The position numbers and the translations under genes were made by a program. The notes beneath the pieces were generated by a model, which had not been told where the DNA came from, did no database searches, and saw nothing but the letters and a program-made list of their open reading frames with translations. Shown piece after piece: positions 56,201 to 64,000 of a stretch of DNA of 64,000 bases; position 1 is the stretch's first letter; each line of letters begins with the position of its first letter. The DNA comes from a virus. The stretch lies in the IMG/VR virus record IMGVR_UViG_3300025383_000010; one strand, 5' to 3'.

Positions 56201-56867
56201 TAAGAGTAAGTGTGATCCGGCGTTAGGTCAACAAGTTCACGAATATCTCGTAAAGATGGGAGTTGAAACACCGACAGTTGACAATGGACTGAGCCGTACT
56301 GATAAGATTGAAATCATTGAGCGTAAGTTTAAGGATATTATGGAGACTCTCGGGCTTGACCTAACTGATGATAGCTTAGAGGAAACCCCGAAGCGGGTCG
56401 CTAAAATGTATGTAGGAGAAATCTTTTGGGGACTTGACTATGAAGCATTCCCCAAGTGTACAACTGTTGCGAACAAGATGGGCTATGATGAAATGGTCGT
56501 TGAACGCAACGTGAATGTACAAAGTAATTGTGAACATCATTTTGTAATCATTGACGGTCTTGCTACTGTTGCTTATGTTCCCAACGAAAAGGTTCTTGGT
56601 CTCTCAAAGATCAATCGTATCGTTGAGTACTTTGCAAAGCGTCCTCAGATTCAAGAGCGACTAACTGAGCAGGTATTCCACACTCTTTGCTATATCCTTG
56701 AAACTGACAATGTTGCAGTTATGATTGATGCACAGCACTATTGCGTTAAGAGTCGCGGTGTTGAAGATACTGGTTCGTCAACTGTGACTTGTAAGCTCGG
56801 TGGTGGATTCAAGACTGATCCTGCAGCAAGAGCAGAGTTTCTTAGCATCGCACGAATGGGCAAGTGA
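56190..56867 (+). CDS. folE: GTP cyclohydrolase I
   Basis: ETPKRVAKMY, SNCEHH, GLSKINR, RPQIQERLT, HYCVKSRGV. Confidence 0.96.
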   Translation: MSFNKSKCDPALGQQVHEYLVKMGVETPTVDNGLSRTDKIEIIERKFKDIMETLGLDLTDDSLEETPKRVAKMYVGEIFWGLDYEAFPKCTTVANKMGYDEMVVERNVNVQSNCEHHFVIIDGLATVAYVPNEKVLGLSKINRIVEYFAKRPQIQERLTEQVFHTLCYILETDNVAVMIDAQHYCVKSRGVEDTGSSTVTCKLGGGFKTDPAARAEFLSIARMGK

Positions 56868-57121
56868 AATACAAGTTTATCGTGACTCCTGAGGAACTTC
56901 TTAACAAAGTAGGTCCGGTTAATTGGGTTAATTGGTTTAGAGAGCCTAGTGGCTCAGAGGAGACTAACCGATACCGATGGGCTATGGAACAAATGCAGTC
57001 GCACTTCCCGGGAAAGTATGATTTAGAAGAAGCATACGATCCCGTGTCAATGACATTCAAGTATCGCTTGAAGTTCCTCACAGAAGCAGATGAAATGTGG
57101 TTTAAACTTAAATATGAATGA
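56864..57121 (+). CDS. Hypothetical protein (F..E.D..WF.L family)
   Basis: C-terminus LKFLTEADEMWFKLKYE. Confidence 0.6.
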   Translation: MKYKFIVTPEELLNKVGPVNWVNWFREPSGSEETNRYRWAMEQMQSHFPGKYDLEEAYDPVSMTFKYRLKFLTEADEMWFKLKYE

Positions 57122-57302
57122 CGATATCATTCATACCTACAAGATTCAAATTAAGATCAATCCCAATTCGGTTAATTTGAGTCAGCAATGGTTGAATGAA
57201 AACTGTAAGGGCACGTGGTCTATCGGAAAGAACATAGATAGCTACGACCTGCACTTTGAGTACGAGGAAGACGCTCTGTTAACTTGGTGGAAATGGGGAT
57301 GA
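57114..57302 (+). CDS. Hypothetical protein (F..E.D..WF.L family)
   Basis: WLNENCKGTW...FEYEEDALLTWWKWG. Confidence 0.6.
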   Translation: MNDDIIHTYKIQIKINPNSVNLSQQWLNENCKGTWSIGKNIDSYDLHFEYEEDALLTWWKWG

Positions 57303-57625
57303 CTGACAAATATCTTAAAATTATCGAAGCCATGCGTAAACAAACCGAAGAACGTATGCAGTGGCCTGTTGAAAAACTGCGAGAATGGATTCGTCAGGTA
57401 CATGGTCCTGAAATGCGGGAACTTGTAGGTGAAGAAGCAGAGCAAATGCTCATTGTTCTTAAATTAGTGGGACATTACTCTGATTCCAATAATCAAAGAA
57501 CTCATACCTATTTCTACGAACATGCCGGCAAAGAATACAGAGTAACATATGGAATAGGGGGCGAACCCTTAGTAGAGGAAGTGGTTTATGATATCTGCCC
57601 AGATAACAATCAAAGCAGTAGATGA
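57299..57625 (+). CDS. Hypothetical protein
   Basis: Coupled ORF (ATGA overlap). Confidence 0.55.
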   Translation: MTDKYLKIIEAMRKQTEERMQWPVEKLREWIRQVHGPEMRELVGEEAEQMLIVLKLVGHYSDSNNQRTHTYFYEHAGKEYRVTYGIGGEPLVEEVVYDICPDNNQSSR

Positions 57626-57794
57626 TGTTATTCCTATTATTGACTGGTGTGAAAAGAATATCGGTACTAAAGCTCCCTTTAAGGATTGCGTAGACACCGA
57701 AAGACCGTGGGTATGGGATGCCGCTTATGGTACAATGACATATTATTTTGCTAACGAAGGAGATGCAAGTTGGTTCGCATTGAGGTGGCTTTAA
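57588..57794 (+). CDS. Hypothetical protein (F..E.D..WF.L family)
   Basis: DWCEKNIG...FANEGDASWFALRWL. Confidence 0.6.
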   Translation: MISAQITIKAVDDVIPIIDWCEKNIGTKAPFKDCVDTERPWVWDAAYGTMTYYFANEGDASWFALRWL

Positions 57795-57852
57795 CAAACT
57801 TTTGATATAAAACACGCAGGCGGTGATAAATACTTTATACGAGGAGTCACCG

Positions 57853-58572
57853 ATGAGCAAGCGATTAACCAAAGACGAGTTTGTTAGTAGAGCAGTTGAA
57901 GTACATCAAGGCAAATATACTTATGATAATGTAGAATATAAGGCTATGCTAGAAAAGGTAAGCATCACTTGTCCTATTCATGGTGATTGGATGCAGAAGC
58001 CGGCTGATCATTTAGGAAAACACGGATGCCCGAAATGTAAAGCTGACAAGGCCGGGGGCAAGTGGGATGACATTAAAGTTCTGTTTGAACAAGTTCATGG
58101 TTCCTATTATTCATACGATGAATCTACCTTTACTAGAATATCTGTGAAGATGAAGATGTTTTGCCCTGATCACGGTGAGTTTTGGCAGAAGCCAGAGCTT
58201 CATAAAAACGGTTCCGGGTGCAAACTATGCACTGCGAGTAGTGGTCCTGGAAAGTATTGTGAATCTGTGTTTGCTAAGAAACCCGAACTCAAAGAAACTC
58301 CCGGAGTTTTATACTTTATAGAACTAAATGATACCGATGGTACTAAGTTCTATAAAGTAGGAATCACTATGAATATGCGTACTAGGTATTATGACTTTAT
58401 TACTCGCAATGGAGGCAGGATTTGTTGGACTAAAGAATCTAATCTGTATGATTGTTTCCAACAAGAACAAGCTATTCTTAAAGAATACGCAGACTTTAGT
58501 TATTATCCGGAACTAGCAATGGCAGGTAAAACAGAATGTTTATCAAAGGAGATTGAATATGATATTCAATAA
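57853..58572 (+). CDS. Homing endonuclease-like protein: CPxHG zinc-ribbon repeats plus GIY-YIG-like C-terminal domain
   Basis: ITCPIHG..CPKC, FCPDHG..CKLC; VLYFIEL...FYKVGIT...R; GKTECL; late promoter 57825-57832. Confidence 0.75.
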   Translation: MSKRLTKDEFVSRAVEVHQGKYTYDNVEYKAMLEKVSITCPIHGDWMQKPADHLGKHGCPKCKADKAGGKWDDIKVLFEQVHGSYYSYDESTFTRISVKMKMFCPDHGEFWQKPELHKNGSGCKLCTASSGPGKYCESVFAKKPELKETPGVLYFIELNDTDGTKFYKVGITMNMRTRYYDFITRNGGRICWTKESNLYDCFQQEQAILKEYADFSYYPELAMAGKTECLSKEIEYDIQ

Positions 58573-59017
58573 GATTAAAGAACTTAAAGAGCAAGGAAAG
58601 CGGATAGGGATAACATTTAGCGCATGGGACCTACTTCATGCCGGACACATCGCCATGCTTGCCGAAGCCAAAAATCACTGTGACTATCTGATTGCCGGGC
58701 TACAGACTGATCCAACCATTGATCGCCCAGATACAAAGAACAAGCCTGTCCAGTCAATCGTTGAACGTCAAATCCAACTTAGTGCATGTCGCTTTGTTGA
58801 CGAGATTGTGGTTTACGAAACGGAAAAAGATTTGGTAGATTTACTCTTGACATTGCCCCTAGATTGTCGTATATTGGGTGTAGAGTATGAAACTACAGAC
58901 TTTACTGGTCGCAAAGAATGTGAGCATCGTAATATTGAGTTAATCTTTAACAGCCGCGATCATAGCTTTAGTTCAAGTATTCTTCGTAAACGTGTAGCAC
59001 AAGCAGAAGGAAAGTAA
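58559..59017 (+). CDS. Cytidylyltransferase (glycerol-3-phosphate CT/TagD-like)
   Basis: GITFSAWDLLHAGH, DYLIAGLQTD, ERQIQL...VDEI, SSSILR. Confidence 0.88.
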   Translation: MIFNKIKELKEQGKRIGITFSAWDLLHAGHIAMLAEAKNHCDYLIAGLQTDPTIDRPDTKNKPVQSIVERQIQLSACRFVDEIVVYETEKDLVDLLLTLPLDCRILGVEYETTDFTGRKECEHRNIELIFNSRDHSFSSSILRKRVAQAEGK

Positions 59018-59018
59018 C

Positions 59019-59234
59019 ATGGAACCTAAGGACCCTAACAAGAAGTTTAATGACCTATTCAAGAACCTGAACTTTTCGTTCACCGTTCCTGTCGGATTCT
59101 ATAACTTCAATCAGAAGCATGAAACTCCTGAGGAAATGATTGCTCGTCTGGACGAGGTTGATGCAGTTGTTGATGCTATGGATAGCTATCCAACTGCAAA
59201 GAAAATGCTTGACAAACTGTATGGAAAGTTGTAA
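59019..59234 (+). CDS. Hypothetical protein
   Basis: ORF with AAGGA RBS. Confidence 0.55.
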   Translation: MEPKDPNKKFNDLFKNLNFSFTVPVGFYNFNQKHETPEEMIARLDEVDAVVDAMDSYPTAKKMLDKLYGKL

Positions 59235-59439
59235 GTTAGACTTACACGGCGTTAAGCATCAAGATGTTGATGCGTTAGTGGAGAACTTTGTTCTGATGAA
59301 TCAGAACAGTTTTCCACTCACCGTCATTTGTGGCAACAGCGTAAAAATGGTTAAACTAACCGAACAAGTACTAAATAGGATTGGATGCGAATACAAGATG
59401 TATCGCTTCGGTGTAATTACAATAGGAAGATTTAAATAA
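59221..59439 (+). CDS. Smr-domain-like small protein
   Basis: KLDLHGVKHQDV...VICGNS. Confidence 0.65.
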   Translation: MESCKLDLHGVKHQDVDALVENFVLMNQNSFPLTVICGNSVKMVKLTEQVLNRIGCEYKMYRFGVITIGRFK

Positions 59440-59672
59440 TGGTTAACCGCGATAAAGATTGGTGGGTAAAGAGAGCCGCAAATGAGCCGGATGATGCTAA
59501 TGTCGGGGCTGGCTGCGAACCTCCTTATGAAGCAGTTCCAGCATCACGAGCAGGAATGGTTTTACTAAGCATTCGTGCTAAGTTTGCCTGGGTGTGGAGA
59601 ATAGGTTTGATTAAAAGAACAACAGCGTTTCGTTGGGAAATGGACCGCTTTTTGGGGCAGTGGAGCAAATAA
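59439..59672 (+). CDS. Hypothetical protein
   Basis: TAATG-coupled ORF. Confidence 0.45.
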   Translation: MVNRDKDWWVKRAANEPDDANVGAGCEPPYEAVPASRAGMVLLSIRAKFAWVWRIGLIKRTTAFRWEMDRFLGQWSK

Positions 59673-59731
59673 TGCTTCACTTAGCCTTACACCTGTCACC
59701 GTGAACTACACACTTTTATTTATCTTTTTGA

Positions 59732-59760
59732 TTGACAAACTATCCTAAATAGTATATAGT
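59732..59760 (+). promoter_or_regulatory. sigma70-type promoter TTGACA-17-TATAGT
   Basis: Near consensus; upstream of the GGCT-queD operon. Confidence 0.7.
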
Positions 59761-59785
59761 AAGACTTTAATATAGGAGAATACAG

Positions 59786-60244
59786 ATGGCCCTCATGCTG
59801 TCATATGGCATGAACACTAACATTGCACAGATGGCTTCGCGCTGTCCTAATGCCATTAGTATTGGCCGTGTTGATATCCCCAACTATCGTCTCGTATTCC
59901 GAGGTGTTGCGGATATTGAAGAAAGCTATGGCGATACGTTACAGTGTGTTCTTTGGGACATCACTGAGAATTGTGAAAAGGCGCTGGATATCCTTGAGGG
60001 CTTCCCAGACTTTTATGGCAAGGAATATATTGACGTAACTTTTGGGAAAAAGACGTATACCGCAATGATCTATAAGATGATCGGTAGTGATCTTGGTTAC
60101 TCTATCCCGAGCAGTTACTATCAAGAAATGCTAGAAGACGGTTATGCTGATCATGGTCTAGATGTACAGCAAATCTATGAAGCAGAAGGTTTTTGTGAAG
60201 TAGAAGATACACTAGACTGGATTAACCGTCGCTATGCGTACTAA
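59786..60244 (+). CDS. Gamma-glutamylcyclotransferase (GGCT/AIG2-like)
   Basis: SYGMNTN..QMASRCP, YRLVFRGVADI, LDILEG.P..Y, PSSYY. Confidence 0.85.
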   Translation: MALMLSYGMNTNIAQMASRCPNAISIGRVDIPNYRLVFRGVADIEESYGDTLQCVLWDITENCEKALDILEGFPDFYGKEYIDVTFGKKTYTAMIYKMIGSDLGYSIPSSYYQEMLEDGYADHGLDVQQIYEAEGFCEVEDTLDWINRRYAY

Positions 60245-60297
60245 AGTGGTCTTTGATACTCACCCCACTATAAACATTCTGCGTGTCATCTAAGGAG
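60245..60297 (+). ncRNA. Candidate preQ1-I-like pseudoknot riboswitch upstream of queD
   Basis: P1 AGTGG/CCACT, loop ending CTCACC, A-rich tail ATAAAC, loop TGATAC pairs with GTGTCA, and loop TCTT can pair with the SD. Confidence 0.5.
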
Positions 60298-60304
60298 AAA
60301 AAGA

Positions 60305-60847
60305 ATGTCTTTTATTGATGATGCAACTAAGAAATATAAGTTAGAAACACGACCGCAGATGTCGTACAAGTATACCAGCACTAAGGAGTGGCATGACGCA
60401 TTCCCGTGTGCATATCGTCAGTGGCGAGCCGATAGCCACTGTAATCAGATTCATGGTTACAGTTTCACTATCAAGGTATACTTTGGTGCCGACACGTTAG
60501 ACGCACGTAATTGGTGTGCAGACTACGGCGGCTTGAAGGACCTTAAGGGTATTCTTGAGGATCAGTTTGATCATACCCTTCTTGTAGCAGAAGACGATCC
60601 GGATATGGATGTGTTCAAATTGTTGCAAGAACGTGGTATGGCTAAGTTGACTATCATCCCTGCAACTGGGTGTGAAGCACTTGCCGACATGATCTATAAC
60701 TTCATCAACGGTGTTTACATTCCAGACCATTGGGGTGCAGGTGAAGCCGATCGTCTTTGGTGCTATCGCGTTGAAGTTCGTGAAACACAGAGCAACATGG
60801 CTTTCCGTGAAGGTCATCGTGAATGGCATGAGGATTTGCTGGGATGA
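60305..60847 (+). CDS. queD: 6-carboxy-5,6,7,8-tetrahydropterin synthase
   Basis: SHCNQIHGYS (CxxxHG), DYGGLK, FDHTLL, GCEALA, VEVRET. Confidence 0.9.
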   Translation: MSFIDDATKKYKLETRPQMSYKYTSTKEWHDAFPCAYRQWRADSHCNQIHGYSFTIKVYFGADTLDARNWCADYGGLKDLKGILEDQFDHTLLVAEDDPDMDVFKLLQERGMAKLTIIPATGCEALADMIYNFINGVYIPDHWGAGEADRLWCYRVEVRETQSNMAFREGHREWHEDLLG

Positions 60848-61017
60848 TTGAATGTTCTTGTGAAGAGGTTTGCTTTCGCTGGGGCAAAAATAGTGATGGA
60901 TCAGGTGGATTCTTCTGTCCACGCAACCCATATGATGATACTAAATGCAAGCAGCTTCTTTACGGAAACATGAGGCCGACCATCATGCACAAGGATACAG
61001 TAGATAATGACAAATAA
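60844..61017 (+). CDS. Small Cys-rich protein, 57 aa (absent from the ORF track)
   Basis: MIECSCEEVCFRWG...FFCPRNPYDDTKCKQ...; fills the gap with ATGA overlap. Confidence 0.45.
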   Translation: MIECSCEEVCFRWGKNSDGSGGFFCPRNPYDDTKCKQLLYGNMRPTIMHKDTVDNDK

Positions 61018-61501
61018 AGTATACTACACCGATGAACAGATTGACACATTGGTTCATAATATCATGCGTCAAATGATCAAGGATCATTGGGTGCCTGATT
61101 ATGTTGTTGGACTGACTCGTGGGGGCCTAGTCCCTGCACTTAAGATTAGTCATTATCTCGACATTCCTATGGAGACACTTAAGGTCAGTCTTCGTGACGG
61201 TGGCGAATCTGAATCTAACTGCTGGATGGCAGAAGACGCCTACAATGGTAAGAACATTCTAATCGTTGATGATATCAATGATACTGGTGCAACACTCAAC
61301 TGGATCAAGAATGATTGGGCATGTAGCGCATTCAAACATGATCCTAAGTGGGACGGTATTTGGAATGAAAGTGTTCGCTTCGCTACATTAGTTGACAATG
61401 ACGTAAGCCTAGTTGAAGTTAACTATATCGGTGAGAGTATCAATAAGGCAGAAAACCCAGTTTGGGTCGTCTTCCCCTGGGAAGAATGGTGGAAAAGGTA
61501 G
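61007..61501 (+). CDS. Purine phosphoribosyltransferase (xanthine/guanine PRT-like)
   Basis: VVGLTRGGLVPA, ILIVDDINDTGATL (PRPP loop), WVVFPWE. Confidence 0.9.
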   Translation: MTNKVYYTDEQIDTLVHNIMRQMIKDHWVPDYVVGLTRGGLVPALKISHYLDIPMETLKVSLRDGGESESNCWMAEDAYNGKNILIVDDINDTGATLNWIKNDWACSAFKHDPKWDGIWNESVRFATLVDNDVSLVEVNYIGESINKAENPVWVVFPWEEWWKR

Positions 61502-61530
61502 TTGACAATGTTTACATTTCAGCTTATAAT
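61502..61530 (+). promoter_or_regulatory. sigma70-type promoter TTGACA-17-TATAAT
   Basis: Perfect consensus upstream of queE. Confidence 0.7.
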
Positions 61531-61738
61531 TATAACTGTACTATGTGCTGCCGGGTCCTTTATATTGTACAAAAACTGGATGCATGAAATCAATTCAGGC
61601 AATAAACCGCAGTGCGTAACAAAGGGCGACATGTATTGTAATCATGTAGGTTGGTGTGATGCAGAAATCGCACTGTACCCAGATGAATATGAAATAGAAA
61701 TGAAAAGATTAAAGAATGACAAAAATCAAGATCAGTGA
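61508..61738 (+). CDS. Small membrane-anchored hypothetical protein
   Basis: Hydrophobic N-terminus; overlaps the promoter, so uncertain. Confidence 0.4.
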   Translation: MFTFQLIIITVLCAAGSFILYKNWMHEINSGNKPQCVTKGDMYCNHVGWCDAEIALYPDEYEIEMKRLKNDKNQDQ

Positions 61739-62576
61739 ACTATTTTACTCAATTCAGGGTGAAGGTCGTTATATGGGTGTACCGAGCGTGTTCTTACGCA
61801 CGTTCGGTTGTAATTTTAAATGCAGTGGGTTCGGTATGCCCAAGGGAGAACTATCAAGTGAGCGAGAACAAATCAATCCCGAAGATTACAAGGAATATGG
61901 CGAACTTCCGCTCGTCACTACGGGATGCGACTCGTATGCATCCTGGGATCCTCGCTTTAAGCATCTTTCTCCCGTTAGGGATATTGATTCCATTGTCAAT
62001 AGTATTATGGAACTCCTTCCGTTTGGGGAATGGCGAGACGAACACCTCGTCATCACAGGAGGAGAACCACTCCTAGGTTGGCAACGTGCTTTTCCTGAAC
62101 TACTGAGTCATCCTAAGATGCAGGGTCTTAAAGAGATTACTTTTGAGACCAATGGTACTCAGGAGCTATCCCCTGCTGTTGCTGATTATCTTGAGGCTTG
62201 GGCATGGCATGATGATCGTCCGCACCCCGGCTTTGAGCGAGAAATTACTTTCAGCGTCAGTGCTAAGTTGAGTTGTTCAGGTGAGTCTCGTGAAGACGCA
62301 ATCAAGCCTGAGGTTGTTGCAAGCTATCAAAATGTAGGTCACGTTTATCTCAAGTTTGTTGTTGCAACAGAAGATGATATTAATGAAGCACTTGAAACTG
62401 TCAAGATTTATCGTGATGCAGGATTTAAGGGTGATGTTTATCTGATGCCAGTTGGTGGTGTTGAAAGCGTCTATGCTCTCAACAACAAGAATGTTGCATT
62501 GGCTGCAATGAAGCATGGTCTTCGTTATTCGGACAGGCTCCAGGTGCCACTTTTCAAAAACCAATGGGCAACTTAA
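61716..62576 (+). CDS. queE: 7-carboxy-7-deazaguanine synthase (radical SAM)
   Basis: ELFYSIQGEG, FLRTFGCNFKC...(insertion)...GCDS, VITGGEPLL, FETNGT, RLQV. Confidence 0.92.
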   Translation: MTKIKISELFYSIQGEGRYMGVPSVFLRTFGCNFKCSGFGMPKGELSSEREQINPEDYKEYGELPLVTTGCDSYASWDPRFKHLSPVRDIDSIVNSIMELLPFGEWRDEHLVITGGEPLLGWQRAFPELLSHPKMQGLKEITFETNGTQELSPAVADYLEAWAWHDDRPHPGFEREITFSVSAKLSCSGESREDAIKPEVVASYQNVGHVYLKFVVATEDDINEALETVKIYRDAGFKGDVYLMPVGGVESVYALNNKNVALAAMKHGLRYSDRLQVPLFKNQWAT

Positions 62577-63904
62577 TGAAACGTATCGGATTCCTAGTTA
62601 GTTCACAGACATTGATTCCACATGGTGGTATCGGTCAGTTCACAAAGAGTTTTTGTGACTTGATGAACACACATGGAATATATGTAGATATTATCACAGA
62701 TAAGAGTCCTCAGGGTGTAGCTGATGAGTTTATCAAAGAACTCAAAGCAAATATCATCTACCCTAGCAATCCAATGCGCTATACCGATCATAGTGCTATC
62801 TTTATGTATGAGGATAGTTACTGCTATGAGCGTATGGCTAACTTTCGTGACGCTACGATCAAGGCATTAACTACGAATATTTACGATGCATTTGTGTGCA
62901 ATACCTATGAAACTATTCAGGTAATCTCTACGCTTGGATTGTCAGATTATATTCAGACTATTGCATACACTCATCTAGAAAGTCAAATCTTCAAAAATAC
63001 TAAGAATCCATTTCTTGACAGTGTAAACGAAATGATGCGTTTACAATTAAAGATGGATAACATCACTATCGGCACACAAAGTACGTTCAATAAATTGCAT
63101 TTTGACAATGCGGTTCATCTTCCTATTCCCCTTCCCGAAAAAGGCTTGTTACAAGAATATGACAAGCCTCGCGAGGGAGTATTGTTTATTGGACGTTGGG
63201 AAGAAGGTAAGAATCCTGAACTCTATCTTGACTTGATTGAACAGACTAAGCTACCTGCTCGTGTAATGACAAGTGCTAATGGTGCTAAGAAGTTTGAAGA
63301 ACGATTGAAGAAGATCGGAGTTGACTACAAGATTGCTGTCAGTGTCATTGGAGAAGAGAAGGTAGACTTCATCACAAGCTGCCGTGTAGCATTCAACCCT
63401 AGCACTGTAGAAAGCTATGGCATTGCATTTCTTGAACAGATGATTCAGCTACCTACGTTTGCGCTTGAGAATCAACGCTGGACGCAGAACTTCCCCAGCA
63501 CACAGTTCTTCACTACCAGTAAAAAGCATATGGTTGAGGATATCAAGTTTGTCTATGAGAGATATCCTACGGCAAAAGACTGGTATACTGCATATGTTTC
63601 AGTGAATCATTTCAAGATTCATGAGGATGCAGCGTTTCATAAGTGGAATCATTGTTTCAATGAGTTTGAATCTAAGAAATCAAACAACAATACAGCTAAG
63701 ATTTGTAATGAAACCACTGTTAAATATAGTGACTTTATCAAAAGTTTGAAGCGCAACATTATCTGTATTGACGATGTTAGGTCTGTGTTGTCTAATAAAC
63801 ATAAGTTTAGAATCATCTACACTGACAAGGAAACTTGGCTGACTAAGGATCCTACATTTGAACCCGTAGAAGAAGTAACTGGAATGGGATTGTTTGACTT
63901 TTGA
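62576..63904 (+). CDS. GT-B (GT4-like) glycosyltransferase
   Basis: PHGGIG, LFIGRWEEGKNP, FNPSTVESYGIAFLEQ. Confidence 0.8.
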   Translation: MKRIGFLVSSQTLIPHGGIGQFTKSFCDLMNTHGIYVDIITDKSPQGVADEFIKELKANIIYPSNPMRYTDHSAIFMYEDSYCYERMANFRDATIKALTTNIYDAFVCNTYETIQVISTLGLSDYIQTIAYTHLESQIFKNTKNPFLDSVNEMMRLQLKMDNITIGTQSTFNKLHFDNAVHLPIPLPEKGLLQEYDKPREGVLFIGRWEEGKNPELYLDLIEQTKLPARVMTSANGAKKFEERLKKIGVDYKIAVSVIGEEKVDFITSCRVAFNPSTVESYGIAFLEQMIQLPTFALENQRWTQNFPSTQFFTTSKKHMVEDIKFVYERYPTAKDWYTAYVSVNHFKIHEDAAFHKWNHCFNEFESKKSNNNTAKICNETTVKYSDFIKSLKRNIICIDDVRSVLSNKHKFRIIYTDKETWLTKDPTFEPVEEVTGMGLFDF

Positions 63905-63912
63905 GAAAGTGC

Positions 63913-63941
63913 TTGACAATGACTCAAGATAATGATAGAGT
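63913..63941 (+). promoter_or_regulatory. sigma70-type promoter TTGACA-17-TAGAGT
   Basis: ATG at 63949, 7 nt downstream. Confidence 0.6.
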
Positions 63942-63948
63942 GGATACT

Positions 63949-64000
63949 ATGACAAACACTATCAAACGCATCGGCTTTGCCTGTAAGTGGGCAGAAATCA
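63949..64000 (+). CDS. Start of a probable UV-damage endonuclease (UvsE/UvdE), truncated by the window end
   Basis: MTNTIKRIGFACKWAEI; RIGFAC matches the UvsE N-terminus; only 17 codons visible. Confidence 0.5.
   Translation, partial: MTNTIKRIGFACKWAEI

Noticed and set aside
1-64000. Stop-codon reassignment
   Set aside because: Conserved genes are full-length under the standard code, and TAA, TGA and TAG all end genes

Overview
This window is a 64 kb segment of a large lytic dsDNA tailed phage of the T4-like/Rak2-like jumbo myophage type. It is almost entirely + strand, densely coded and uses the standard genetic code. No capsid, portal, terminase, tRNA or CRISPR array was seen. Order of content: (1) the 3' end of a collagen-like Gly-X-Y fibre gene followed by four 2OG-Fe(II) oxygenases; (2) a GH19 lysin and Ig-like structural genes; (3) a DnaE-alpha fragment, GroES, clamp loader, PhoH, holin, DnaJ and ClpA; (4) a ~15 kb block of proteins with T4 internal-protein-like N-termini and repeated [ILVM]-x-E linkers, which look like head-packaged, protease-processed polyproteins carrying HD hydrolase, ParB-like, methyltransferase-like, amidoligase, GH19 and zincin modules; (5) a curli (CsgF/CsgG/curlin)-FecR-CHASE2 adenylate cyclase-porin operon; (6) family B DNA polymerase and a probable clamp; (7) a 7-deazaguanine cluster (DpdA/TGT-like, QueD paralogue, FolE, QueD, QueE, PRTase, two glycosyltransferases) with a preQ1-I-like pseudoknot covering the queD Shine-Dalgarno. 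Five homing endonucleases, T4-type late promoters ((G/C)ATAAATA) and sigma70-type promoters, several apparently leaderless, are visible. All family calls come from motif recognition by eye; no database searches were run.
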